Below are positions 40,262-49,341 of a stretch of 64,000 nt of DNA, one piece after another. Made by a program: the position numbers and the translations under genes. Positions within the stretch are counted from its first letter, which is position 1, and every line of letters begins with the position of its first letter. The notes beneath the pieces were generated by a model. The model searched no databases. It was not told the DNA's origin and worked only from the letters and a program-made list of their open reading frames with translations. Origin of the DNA: a virus; the IMG/VR virus record IMGVR_UViG_3300010430_000013, positions 1-64,000 of that record; one strand, written 5' to 3'.

Positions 40262-40788
40262 ATGAAGAACACGTAAATGAGATTTTAAAAGACCTATCTA
40301 TTGAGACATGTGCTCAGATTTTGGGTAACACATGTCGCTTTAATGGTCGTTATGATTTTAGCAGCGTAGCAACACATAGCGTCTACGTTAGCAGACTCTT
40401 AGAAGACAGAGGTTGCTCGGCTGAAGTTCAAATGTGCGGATTGTTGCATGATTTGAATGAGATTCTAATTGGGGATATTGTCAAGCCGATTAAACCATAT
40501 TTGTTAGTTCTTAATGATAATCATTATATCAATATCTCGGTCTTCGAAGGACTCTTGATGGAACAAATTCTAGACTTGCTTGGGCATTATGACTTAAAAC
40601 AAACGTTTAATGACTTTCGTCACGAGATTAAACAAGCAGACAGGGATTCTTTAGCTGAAGAAAAAAAGCTAATCGATAAACAGCACACGGATTACTTTTT
40701 TGAAAACCCTGCGGAGGGGCGAGACTCTTTTCTTGAAAGATACCGAAAGCTTGAACTCTTAATGAAAGAAGAACGAGTTAATGCGTAG
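40258..40788 (+). CDS. HD-domain phosphohydrolase (YfbR/YfdR-like nucleotidase)
   Basis: CRFNG, SVATHSV, GLLHD..E..IGDI..PIK, IKQAD. Confidence 0.8.
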   Translation: MNEEHVNEILKDLSIETCAQILGNTCRFNGRYDFSSVATHSVYVSRLLEDRGCSAEVQMCGLLHDLNEILIGDIVKPIKPYLLVLNDNHYINISVFEGLLMEQILDLLGHYDLKQTFNDFRHEIKQADRDSLAEEKKLIDKQHTDYFFENPAEGRDSFLERYRKLELLMKEERVNA

Positions 40789-41425
40789 CTTCTCGATTTC
40801 TAATAGCGACACACTATTTGACTACTGGAATAAACGAGAATCGGGCACAGAAAAAGAATCTCTGATTTGGATTTCCGAATCTAAAAAACTTCTTTACCTT
40901 AAGTCTTGTAAGTGTGCAAGTACCTCAATAGCTCAAACGCTTATTAAAAATATTCCAGATATGAAGAACTTGAGGGCCTACCGCAAAGCTCCTGATTTCT
41001 CTAAGTATTACAAAGTTACATTTGTACGGAACCCATGGGATAGGATGGTTTCTTTGTATCACAATTATTATGATACGAATAAGCTTAAACGAAAATTCGA
41101 AGTTCCTGAAATGACCTTTGATGAATTTATGCATTCTGATGTGATATTCAAATATCAAACAGTTACCCTTCACGCTATGCCAATTATGGAACTAACAGTT
41201 TTTAATGGTAAGCAGCAAATGGACTTCATAGGAAAAGTTGAAAATCTAAACCAAGACTTCGCCAAGTTAAGAAGGTTTACAACAGCAAAGCTCCCTAAGT
41301 CAAACGCTACAAAGAAAAGAAAACATTATTCAAAATACTATACCGATGAAACGAAGCAAATGATTGCAGAGTGGTATCACAAAGATATCGAGGAATTTGG
41401 CTACACATTTGAATTGGAAAAATAA
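40781..41425 (+). CDS. Sulfotransferase family 2 protein
   Basis: KCASTSI (PAPS loop), FVRNPWDRMVSLY, DFIGKVENL..DF, Y.KDIE.FGY.F. Confidence 0.85.
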   Translation: MRSFSISNSDTLFDYWNKRESGTEKESLIWISESKKLLYLKSCKCASTSIAQTLIKNIPDMKNLRAYRKAPDFSKYYKVTFVRNPWDRMVSLYHNYYDTNKLKRKFEVPEMTFDEFMHSDVIFKYQTVTLHAMPIMELTVFNGKQQMDFIGKVENLNQDFAKLRRFTTAKLPKSNATKKRKHYSKYYTDETKQMIAEWYHKDIEEFGYTFELEK

Positions 41426-42309
41426 TGAAAATTGTAATGGTGGCTCCAGGGCATAAAGAAATCACAGAAGGAATACATGGCGGCGGGCAACAATCATGTA
41501 AAGATATCTGCCAAGGTCTGGCTAAAAAGGGACACGAGATGTTTCTGGTTGGCCATCCGATGACAGATTTGTCTTGCGTGTCTAAGGTTTATCCATACGA
41601 GCCAGAAGAAAAGAACGCGGTTAAAGTGCTCAAGTATGTCTGTAATGAGGTCACGCCGGATGTGATTTTAGACTCTAGCGCTTTTCATACTGCGGCAAAC
41701 GTAGACCTTGGAGTGGCTCGGGTTAATAGGTTACCACAACCACGCCAACCCGGAATCAAATACCCTAACACGGTAGTCAACTCCCAATGGATGGCTGATA
41801 GAAACCCTGCCAAAGTCATTAAAACAGCAATGCGAGACGTTGGATATACTGAACGCATGAGCGAAACATGGCACGATTATGTTGTTTATACTGGAAGATT
41901 TTATCCATTTAAAGGATATGAGCATGTAAGACGACTTCAAATGGCTGAAGCGCCAATCATCTCGATTGAGAATATTGATAGAGAAGTTTATTTTGATGTA
42001 CTTTCAAAAGCAAAATACCTACTTCATCCCTCGGTGGAGGATGCCGCACCAAGGTCGCCAGTCGAAGCGGCTATGATGGGAATACCAACGCTTTGTTTGG
42101 ATATCAGCGGAACGGTTGACCAAGTTATAGACGGGAAGACTGGATATGTCTGCTCTTCCCTAAATAACCTTTATGCAAGAATGACTCAACCTAGAGAGCT
42201 AAAACCTTCTGACATTAGAAACGCAATGCTGAACGATAGGTCCTATGACCAAATGATTAACGAGTACGAACAACTTCTGCAAAACGCAGTCAATGGAGAG
42301 ACTTGGTAA
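41425..42309 (+). CDS. Glycosyltransferase, GT-B/GT4
   Basis: MKIVMVAP..HGGG, GHE, YTGR....KG, PS.ED......EAAMMGIP, V.DGKTG. Confidence 0.85.
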   Translation: MKIVMVAPGHKEITEGIHGGGQQSCKDICQGLAKKGHEMFLVGHPMTDLSCVSKVYPYEPEEKNAVKVLKYVCNEVTPDVILDSSAFHTAANVDLGVARVNRLPQPRQPGIKYPNTVVNSQWMADRNPAKVIKTAMRDVGYTERMSETWHDYVVYTGRFYPFKGYEHVRRLQMAEAPIISIENIDREVYFDVLSKAKYLLHPSVEDAAPRSPVEAAMMGIPTLCLDISGTVDQVIDGKTGYVCSSLNNLYARMTQPRELKPSDIRNAMLNDRSYDQMINEYEQLLQNAVNGETW

Positions 42310-43088
42310 TGGTTAAAATTAATATTGTGTCAGATAAGGATGGATGGGTTCTTCAGAGGATTTCCGAAGAGCTACATAAACGCTTACCCGACAGTAAGAT
42401 CTATCCTTTTGGGGCTCAATACAGAGACGCTGATTGGACTTGGTACTGCCATTTTAGCTTATGCTTGCGTGAGAATGTAAATACAAAAATTGGGGGTTTA
42501 TTTACACATTTTGTTCCGGGTCAGGAACAGGCATGGAAGTTAGCCTCTCGAAAGCTGGATCATTGCTTTAGTATGAGTGAACCTTGGGCGAATCATCTTC
42601 CTCCTGAAAAGACCAGCGTGACTAAGTGTGGTCTCTTTGATCATTTTATTCAACCATTAAGAATCTTATTCATCAACAAAGAAAACAATGGTAATGCATG
42701 GCGCAAAGGCGTAACTCTACAGAGAGAGCTTAAAAGCAGATTTCCCCAGGTAGAGTGGATGCATATTAATGGTGGCCTAACAAATGAACAGATGGTCGAA
42801 AAGATACGTTCTGTGGATTATGTTTGTTCTACCTCTAGGGTAGAGGGAGGAGCTATGCCATACATTGAATCTATCGCGCTGGGCAAATCCTTAATCCTTA
42901 GAAACTCTGAAGAGATTGGTTATCTTGAAGAATGCAGAAACTATGGAGACGTACTGCGTTATTCCAGTGATGACGAATTATTTAATATTGTCGAAATGCT
43001 AATCAACACTAGGGACGCTCTTCATGAAGAATTCTCATGGGACAAATTCGCAGAACAACACCTCAAAATCTTTTCTGGGAAAAATTGA
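42303..43088 (+). CDS. Glycosyltransferase, GT4-like
   Basis: WRKG, STSRVEGGAMPYIESIALGK, FSWDKFAEQH. Confidence 0.75.
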   Translation: MVMVKINIVSDKDGWVLQRISEELHKRLPDSKIYPFGAQYRDADWTWYCHFSLCLRENVNTKIGGLFTHFVPGQEQAWKLASRKLDHCFSMSEPWANHLPPEKTSVTKCGLFDHFIQPLRILFINKENNGNAWRKGVTLQRELKSRFPQVEWMHINGGLTNEQMVEKIRSVDYVCSTSRVEGGAMPYIESIALGKSLILRNSEEIGYLEECRNYGDVLRYSSDDELFNIVEMLINTRDALHEEFSWDKFAEQHLKIFSGKN

Positions 43089-43233
43089 TAAAAAGTCAAT
43101 AAAATTACCTGTCTTAGAGGAGCCGACAGAGTATAATTTAGGTGAGCTTATAGCCAAGCTAGAGCAAAAGCATATTTATGGAATTAAAATAACTATAGAA
43201 AAGAACTACATCTCCTTAGAAGGAAAAGTTTAA

Positions 43234-43734
43234 ATGCCAAGAATTTCAGTTTCCGGTTTAGACGCGCAAGGTCTCACAGTAACCCTATATAGTGATAAAA
43301 GTGTCTCATCAGCAGAAGACACAGCAAAAGAAACAGCTAAGCTTTTGAAAGACGCTTTCTACCTAGGCCTTAAGGGCGAAGTTGACCCAGATCAACCAAG
43401 GGGTCTCGATAGGCAATTTGTAACTCACTTTATTCTTCGGAAAAAGGGTGAAGATCTTGAGGTGGATTTGTTTACTAAATATGCAAACATGAAAGTAGTA
43501 ACTCTTTACCTTTCTAACGAAGGAATGGAAGAAGCTTTCAAGGATAAGTCTGGCATAGAATCTATGGCGGCATACAAGGTTTATCCAGCAACGGCTTTCG
43601 ATAAATCTGAACAAGGCGAGACTTCAGAGTTCTTCCATAAGCTGCCAAAGTCTTTCCCGGTTACGATTAAGCCTAATGGAGTTTACAAAGACGGCAAGGC
43701 TAAAGGTAAACAAAAGATGAAAGCGATTCTCTGA
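43234..43734 (+). CDS. Hypothetical protein
   Basis: AAGGA SD, 166 aa. Confidence 0.6.
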   Translation: MPRISVSGLDAQGLTVTLYSDKSVSSAEDTAKETAKLLKDAFYLGLKGEVDPDQPRGLDRQFVTHFILRKKGEDLEVDLFTKYANMKVVTLYLSNEGMEEAFKDKSGIESMAAYKVYPATAFDKSEQGETSEFFHKLPKSFPVTIKPNGVYKDGKAKGKQKMKAIL

Positions 43735-43875
43735 TGCCTTCTTTAAGAGTTATTTTAGGTATGCTTGGGGCAACTTGGTTATTCTTCGGATTTATGGTCC
43801 TGGGACATCAAGTGATTTATTACCCCCTAGCGTGGTTATTTATTGGATTAGTTGTTTATTCATCAGGACTTGTAA

Positions 43876-44301
43876 ATGAAACTTTCTGTAAAATACAAAA
43901 AACTCGCAGAGAATGCTCAAGAACCAACAAAAGCCCACCCGTCTGATGGGGGCTGGGACTTGTATGCTTCAGAAATTGTACACGAGGGCTCCACGACTCT
44001 TGTTAAGCTAGGTTTTGGAATGAGTGTCCCAGAGGGCTGGTGTGCCAGAATTGCCCCCAGAAGCTCATTTACGAAGTATGGCTGGGTATTGAGCAACAGC
44101 CCAGCTTTGATTGACTGCTCCTACACTGGGGAAATTATGCTAAGATTTACTGGCATTTCCGAGAAAATCTTCCCATATGGAGTTGGAGATAGAGTCGCCC
44201 AAATGACATTCGAAGAAGTTCCCGAAGTCCTTTGGGAGCAAGTAGATACGCTGGGAAATACGGCTCGTGGAGACGGTGGCTTCGGCAGTTCTGGAAAATG
44301 A
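43876..44301 (+). CDS. dut: Trimeric dUTPase
   Basis: DGGWDLYA, IAPRSS, LIDCSYTGEI, GDRVAQM, RGDGGFGSSG. Confidence 0.95.
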   Translation: MKLSVKYKKLAENAQEPTKAHPSDGGWDLYASEIVHEGSTTLVKLGFGMSVPEGWCARIAPRSSFTKYGWVLSNSPALIDCSYTGEIMLRFTGISEKIFPYGVGDRVAQMTFEEVPEVLWEQVDTLGNTARGDGGFGSSGK

Positions 44302-44318
44302 CCAGAAGTTGCGACTGC

Positions 44319-44335
44319 TTTGGTGTATATAATAC
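44319..44335 (+). promoter_or_regulatory. Putative phage promoter TTTGGTGTATATAATAC
   Basis: Consensus copy of the recurring motif in an intergenic gap. Confidence 0.6.
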
Positions 44336-44374
44336 TGTCAGACAACTGACCAAACTTAACACGAGGATTTAAAA

Positions 44375-44590
44375 ATGCAACCGCAAGCTAAATCTATTCT
44401 TTTTTCGGTATTGTTTCTAGTTGGCCTTTTACTTGTTTTTACGGCTAATCTGCAAATTAGTGCAGGTGTAATTTTGATGGTCATTGGATATAATGAATTT
44501 CGTTCTTTCGGACTCGCTGAAAAGCTTCTCGCAGAAATCCGAGATGCGCTTGACGGCGACGATGAAGAAGAAAATTCTGAAGTATCCTAA
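44375..44590 (+). CDS. Small two-helix membrane protein
   Basis: GAGG SD; hydrophobic N-terminal half and acidic tail. Confidence 0.55.
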   Translation: MQPQAKSILFSVLFLVGLLLVFTANLQISAGVILMVIGYNEFRSFGLAEKLLAEIRDALDGDDEEENSEVS

Positions 44591-44649
44591 TAAAAACAAA
44601 TCTTAAAATCTGAGCGCGACTTCCTCAGCCAACATCCAGGAGTCCCTCT

Positions 44650-45282
44650 ATGTCCAACAAGGTCGGGAGGATTGTACGTCATCGTAATGACGAACAAAAA
44701 TATTTTTTAGAGGCTTTAAACAACTTTGACTTAACTATGGTAGAAGCCAGATTTGGCTCAGGAAAAACTGCATGTGCCGTAGGGCACGGCTGCGAATTAC
44801 TCTTACATAAAAAGATTGAAAAGTTTTATTTAATTAGATCCGTGGGTCATCTCAGCAGCGTTGTTGGTCATACCCCTGGAACTGTTCATGAGAAGTGCGC
44901 TAACTTTTTTGCTCAACAGATTGAATACCTTTGTCAGTTCTTAGGATCACGACAAAAGTATGAAGATTTTGTTAGAGATGGAAAGATTAAGCTATTACCA
45001 ATTGGTTTATTGCAAGGTCTATCTCTTGATAACTCATATGTTTTCTGTGATGAGATGCAAAACTCTTCAAAACAAGAATTTCAGATGTTGTTATCTAGAT
45101 GGGGTCGCGGTACAACTATGTGCTGGGCTGGAGACCGACTTCAGTCTGGGCGTGGTGAAAACTGTTACTTCGCAAGGCTTTTCGATAATCTAGAAGATGA
45201 ATCTATCCGTAAGGTTACTTTGACGGAATGTTTCCGACATAAGTCACTGGTTAGAATCTTCAATAAGATGGACAAGATTTAA
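44650..45282 (+). CDS. phoH: PhoH-family ATPase
   Basis: RNDEQ, GSGKT, GHTPG...EK, DEMQN, LSRWG, GDRLQ, RH.SLV. Confidence 0.85.
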   Translation: MSNKVGRIVRHRNDEQKYFLEALNNFDLTMVEARFGSGKTACAVGHGCELLLHKKIEKFYLIRSVGHLSSVVGHTPGTVHEKCANFFAQQIEYLCQFLGSRQKYEDFVRDGKIKLLPIGLLQGLSLDNSYVFCDEMQNSSKQEFQMLLSRWGRGTTMCWAGDRLQSGRGENCYFARLFDNLEDESIRKVTLTECFRHKSLVRIFNKMDKI

Positions 45283-45402
45283 CAAGACGTGAACAAAGCA
45301 TTGTAGTAGCGTCAGCAAACCAGAATGCTTGAAAGACCCACAGCCCATTTTTTTGGGTGGTTGAAGCTGTTAGGCTGACATTTTTTTACAAGGAGACTTG
45401 AC

Positions 45403-45708
45403 TTGCCTTTATACTGCTTTAAATGCAATAATCCAAAATGTGAAGAACCATATTTCGAGGCCGTAAATAATATGGCTGAGGCGCATCTAATTCCTAGCTG
45501 CCCAAGTTGCGGCAAAGGGGATGTGGAACGAGACTGGGGTTCCGAAGGCGCTTATCTCGCTGGACCCACAAAAACAGTTGGTTCTCTCATGGACAAAAAT
45601 AGTGCAAAAATGTCTGAAGACGAGAAGCAAAAAAAGCTCTATGATTATGGTAAAGAGCAAAACAAAGGCACGGGATCAATTTCCCCTTGGAAGAGAGTTG
45701 ACAAATAA
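45403..45708 (+). CDS. FmdB-like zinc-ribbon protein
   Basis: MPLY.FKC...C...FE......CPSCG; AGGAG SD before TTG. Confidence 0.7.
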   Translation: MPLYCFKCNNPKCEEPYFEAVNNMAEAHLIPSCPSCGKGDVERDWGSEGAYLAGPTKTVGSLMDKNSAKMSEDEKQKKLYDYGKEQNKGTGSISPWKRVDK

Positions 45709-47011
45709 TGCATCAAGACATTGTTGAATCGCAACGCAATATTTACGAACCTGGAGAGAATTGCTTTACTCTTCAGGGCAGCCATCACTTTGAAGACGAG
45801 GATGGCAACTTCAGGCTTATTGAACAATACGATAAGCGTGGCAATAGAATCGACTTCAGAGAGCATAGACAAGCTTACGCTATTGAAAAAGTTATGCCGT
45901 CTATGATTAAGTATTTTGTGATGTCAGATACGACTGGGCAATTATTTGACCCCAGGAATGTAGACCATTTACAAACTGCTATGACAGTAAGAAATGGAAA
46001 TAAGATTTGGCGCTGGGTAACCATCTCAAAGAATGGCTTCGAATTTTATAAAGATTATCTAAAAAGAAACAACAAGGTTTTCTACGCGAAAGCCAAAACC
46101 GCACTTTCAAATCCAGGAGGCTAAAATGCCAAGACTTAGTAAACTACAACAAAAGAAAATTCGAGAATTGTTCCTCTCAACGGATATGTCTTTTGATGAA
46201 ATCCGAGATGAGGTTGGATTGAGTAAAAGCTCTAAGCAGGTTGAAAAACTTGTAGAAGAGGAAAACTTGGAGGAACTCAAAGACAAAATTGTCGAAAATG
46301 TAGAAGTAGAAGCTGCCACAGAAGAACTAAACGACTACGAAGACGTTGTTGGACGACTTCGGAAAGCTGGACTTAGTGAAAATGATGCAAGAAATGCTCT
46401 TCGTCGAGCCCTTAAGTCTATGGAAGAAGCAGGAAACGAGAATGCCACCTCTGACGAAGTGTTCATCGCTGCAACTTCATTCATTGGTTCAGGTGCCCTT
46501 ATTCGTAAGACCACTGATTCTGGGCGAGAAGGTGTAGCGATTATGACGCCAGAAGCATCTCGTGCGGCTAGCCCAGCTCCATCTAATCCTAATGCAACTT
46601 CTCGACACCTGAAGAACGCGCATATCAGACCAAAAGATGTTTAATTCGAAGTATACTAAAAAGAGCGTTGACTGGAGGCATAGGATAATTGAGCTTCTTT
46701 GCGAAAACAAAGCTAAGATGGACAAGAAGCTTCCTTTGCCTCCTTCTTTTTGGAATAACAAGCCCTGGTCGCAGTACTGGGCATATCAAGCAAGTTTGAT
46801 TAAACCAATTGTTGAACATGTTGACTATATTAGCATTTACAAAGCAATCAAAGAGACTGGCGCGACATCCTTAAAGAATCAAAAATTCAAAAAAAGATGT
46901 TGGGCAATATACAAAGCTAGCCAAGCCAAACCTCAAGTTCAAGTAGATGTCTCTTCGGAAAAGTCTCTAGGGTCGTTTAAGAAAACGAAAACAAATTTAG
47001 ACCTGCTGTAG
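45708..47011 (+). other. Three hypothetical proteins (45708-46124, 46126-46644, 46637-47011)
   Basis: Translationally coupled ORFs upstream of recA. Confidence 0.6.
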
Positions 47012-47019
47012 GAAAATAT

Positions 47020-47988
47020 ATGAAAATTTCGGAACTAGTAAAAAAGATTACTTTCTCTTTTGAAGAGTTTGAGGCTATGCAAGGCGAAAAGCCAATTGTA
47101 AGTCTTAGTCCTACATTTAATTCAATTTGCGGAGGCATTAAAGGCGGCTCGTTTGTTTTGATGGGTGGACCACCTAAATGCGGTAAAACAATTACCTGTC
47201 TAGACTTTGCTGCACGCGCCCAGCAAGCTGGATATACAGTGCTTTATCTTAATTCAGAAGGAAGACTCGCCGTAAGAGATATCAAGGGCTGCAAAAAACT
47301 TGACTATTCGGTAGAAAAGTTTAAATTGATTACTTCTACCACTGAGAACAAAGTTTCTGCGGAGCAATATCTAGGCTCTGTACTTCATTACATGGAAACC
47401 GAAGAACGCTTGTTTGTTATTGCGGACTCTCTTAGCCATATGGAAGCAGAGAAACAGCTTAACGATGCAACTTGCGACCTTACAAGAGATGCCTCTCCAA
47501 GAATCATGTCTCAATTCTGCAAGAAGCTGGCTCCATACATCAGCTCAAGTGACCACATTTTTCTAGGCGTTGTCCATTTAATTGCCAATACTTCTGGTTA
47601 TGGAAAATCCGTAGTAGAAGGAGGAGGCAATAAAATTCAATATGCTGCTGATATTAAGCTTCGTCTAAAAAATTACGAACCTATGACGAATGCTGATACC
47701 TATAGGGACAGGGAATACGGTCGTAAAATTAACTGGATTTGCGAAACGTCTAACATGGGCTTCCCGAAGATGGAAGGAACGTCTTATGTTATCCTTGGAG
47801 AGGGCATTGACGACATTGCTGAGCTTTTGCCCATTGCACTGGAAACTGGCGTAATGAGCAAGGGGGGAGCGTGGTATAATTATGGAGAGCAAAAGTTTCA
47901 AGGAGAGAAAAAGACTATCGAAGCACTGCGCGACAATCCAGAAATGTACAAAGAAATTAAAGATGAAGTAGAGGCAAGACTAGCATAA
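47020..47988 (+). CDS. recA: RecA/UvsX-like recombinase
   Basis: GGIKGG, GPPKCGKT, YLNSEG, IADSL, GGNKIQYAAD, KGGAWYNY...KFQG. Confidence 0.9.
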   Translation: MKISELVKKITFSFEEFEAMQGEKPIVSLSPTFNSICGGIKGGSFVLMGGPPKCGKTITCLDFAARAQQAGYTVLYLNSEGRLAVRDIKGCKKLDYSVEKFKLITSTTENKVSAEQYLGSVLHYMETEERLFVIADSLSHMEAEKQLNDATCDLTRDASPRIMSQFCKKLAPYISSSDHIFLGVVHLIANTSGYGKSVVEGGGNKIQYAADIKLRLKNYEPMTNADTYRDREYGRKINWICETSNMGFPKMEGTSYVILGEGIDDIAELLPIALETGVMSKGGAWYNYGEQKFQGEKKTIEALRDNPEMYKEIKDEVEARLA

Positions 47989-48395
47989 TGGCAGACCCTA
48001 GAATGAAGGGCCTGGACGGAAAGGAGTATCCATTCAAAATGGTCAGTAGACCCAAAGCGAATTGTTCTTCCTACCATAAGGAAGCGATTGAATTAGTTAA
48101 GACTGTTTATCCTAACTCAACGATGCTTGAAGAAGTTTCAGCGAAGATTGGTTATGGAAAAACTCTATATTTAGATATTTATCTGCCAACATTGGGTGTT
48201 GCGATTGAAGTCGACGGTGAGCAACACAGCAAACGGAACGACTTCTTCCATAAGGACAGACAAGCATTTCTCAGAGCGAAATTTCGCGATGAACAAAAGA
48301 AAGAATGGTGTGAATTAAATGACATCAAACTCATCAGATTCGACTGCAACGGAAGGGAACAGTGGGAAGAGCTTCTTAGAGGCGCTGTTGAATAA
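47988..48395 (+). CDS. Vsr/DUF559-like PD-(D/E)XK endonuclease
   Basis: YLDIYLP..AIEVDGEQH..FFH..RD..KKEWCELN. Confidence 0.75.
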   Translation: MADPRMKGLDGKEYPFKMVSRPKANCSSYHKEAIELVKTVYPNSTMLEEVSAKIGYGKTLYLDIYLPTLGVAIEVDGEQHSKRNDFFHKDRQAFLRAKFRDEQKKEWCELNDIKLIRFDCNGREQWEELLRGAVE

Positions 48396-48840
48396 GTCAG
48401 AAGAACTTATCAAAGAGTTTCGAGAGAAAACAAAAACCCCCATCTTCGACGAGATTGACGACGTTAAGCATATTCTCTGTCCGCGCAAAGAATACTTAGC
48501 CACTCTAACGGCTGACGAATGTTTTACTAATTGTATGACGCTTATGACTTATAAAGCGGCCTACCAAAACATCGTAAATGAAGTGGCGTCTCAAAAAATA
48601 ATGCTGCAAAAGTATTTGAATCAGCAATACGCCAAATATTGGCATAAAGCGCCAGAGATGCTTCCCAAAGAAATTCATTACGCTTGGTTGAATAACGACC
48701 AGCAATACCTAATGCCAATCGTTAAACAAGTTAATGTATTAGAAGTTTATCTAAAAGAATCAGAAGGCAGGATAGCGGATATCTCAAGGTCGGTCTCATT
48801 TTACGAGAGTAAAGGTAAAGCAATCCAGTGGAATAAATAA
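48319..48840 (+). CDS. Hypothetical helical protein
   Basis: Open frame between nuclease and helicase genes; start uncertain. Confidence 0.55.
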   Translation: MTSNSSDSTATEGNSGKSFLEALLNKSEELIKEFREKTKTPIFDEIDDVKHILCPRKEYLATLTADECFTNCMTLMTYKAAYQNIVNEVASQKIMLQKYLNQQYAKYWHKAPEMLPKEIHYAWLNNDQQYLMPIVKQVNVLEVYLKESEGRIADISRSVSFYESKGKAIQWNK

Positions 48841-49341
48841 ATGTCTAAAGAACTTGACGAAATCAAAGCTTTGTTGGCGGGATTAGCTGAAGCTCAGTCT
48901 AAAATAGTAGAAAGAATAGATCAAATGGAGTCCTCCTCGGAAGAGGAAGCTCCTGCTCCAGCTCCCAAGAAAAAACGCGGTAGGCGCAGAAAGAAACAAC
49001 AAGATCCGGCAGGATCAACGTGAAGAGTTCCAAGTGCCGGAGTTTCCGACATGAATACAGCTCAAGCCAATACAGCCAGACCAAGAAGCGCCCAAAAATT
49101 TGGTGACGGCACAAATCAGTTTAATGCAATCCTTCCAAAGCTCAAGCGAGATAAAGACTATATCAAAGCTGACAAAGAAGATCAGGAAGAAAAAATTGAA
49201 TACTTCGAAAAAACCAGAAGAGCCCCGGCCAAAAAGGTTTCGGTTATGTGCAAGATGTGTGGAAAAACAGAGAAAGTAACTCCATATGACGGAATGAGAG
49301 AAGTACATCTTTGTAAGTCTTGCAACAAAAAGGGTTGAAAA

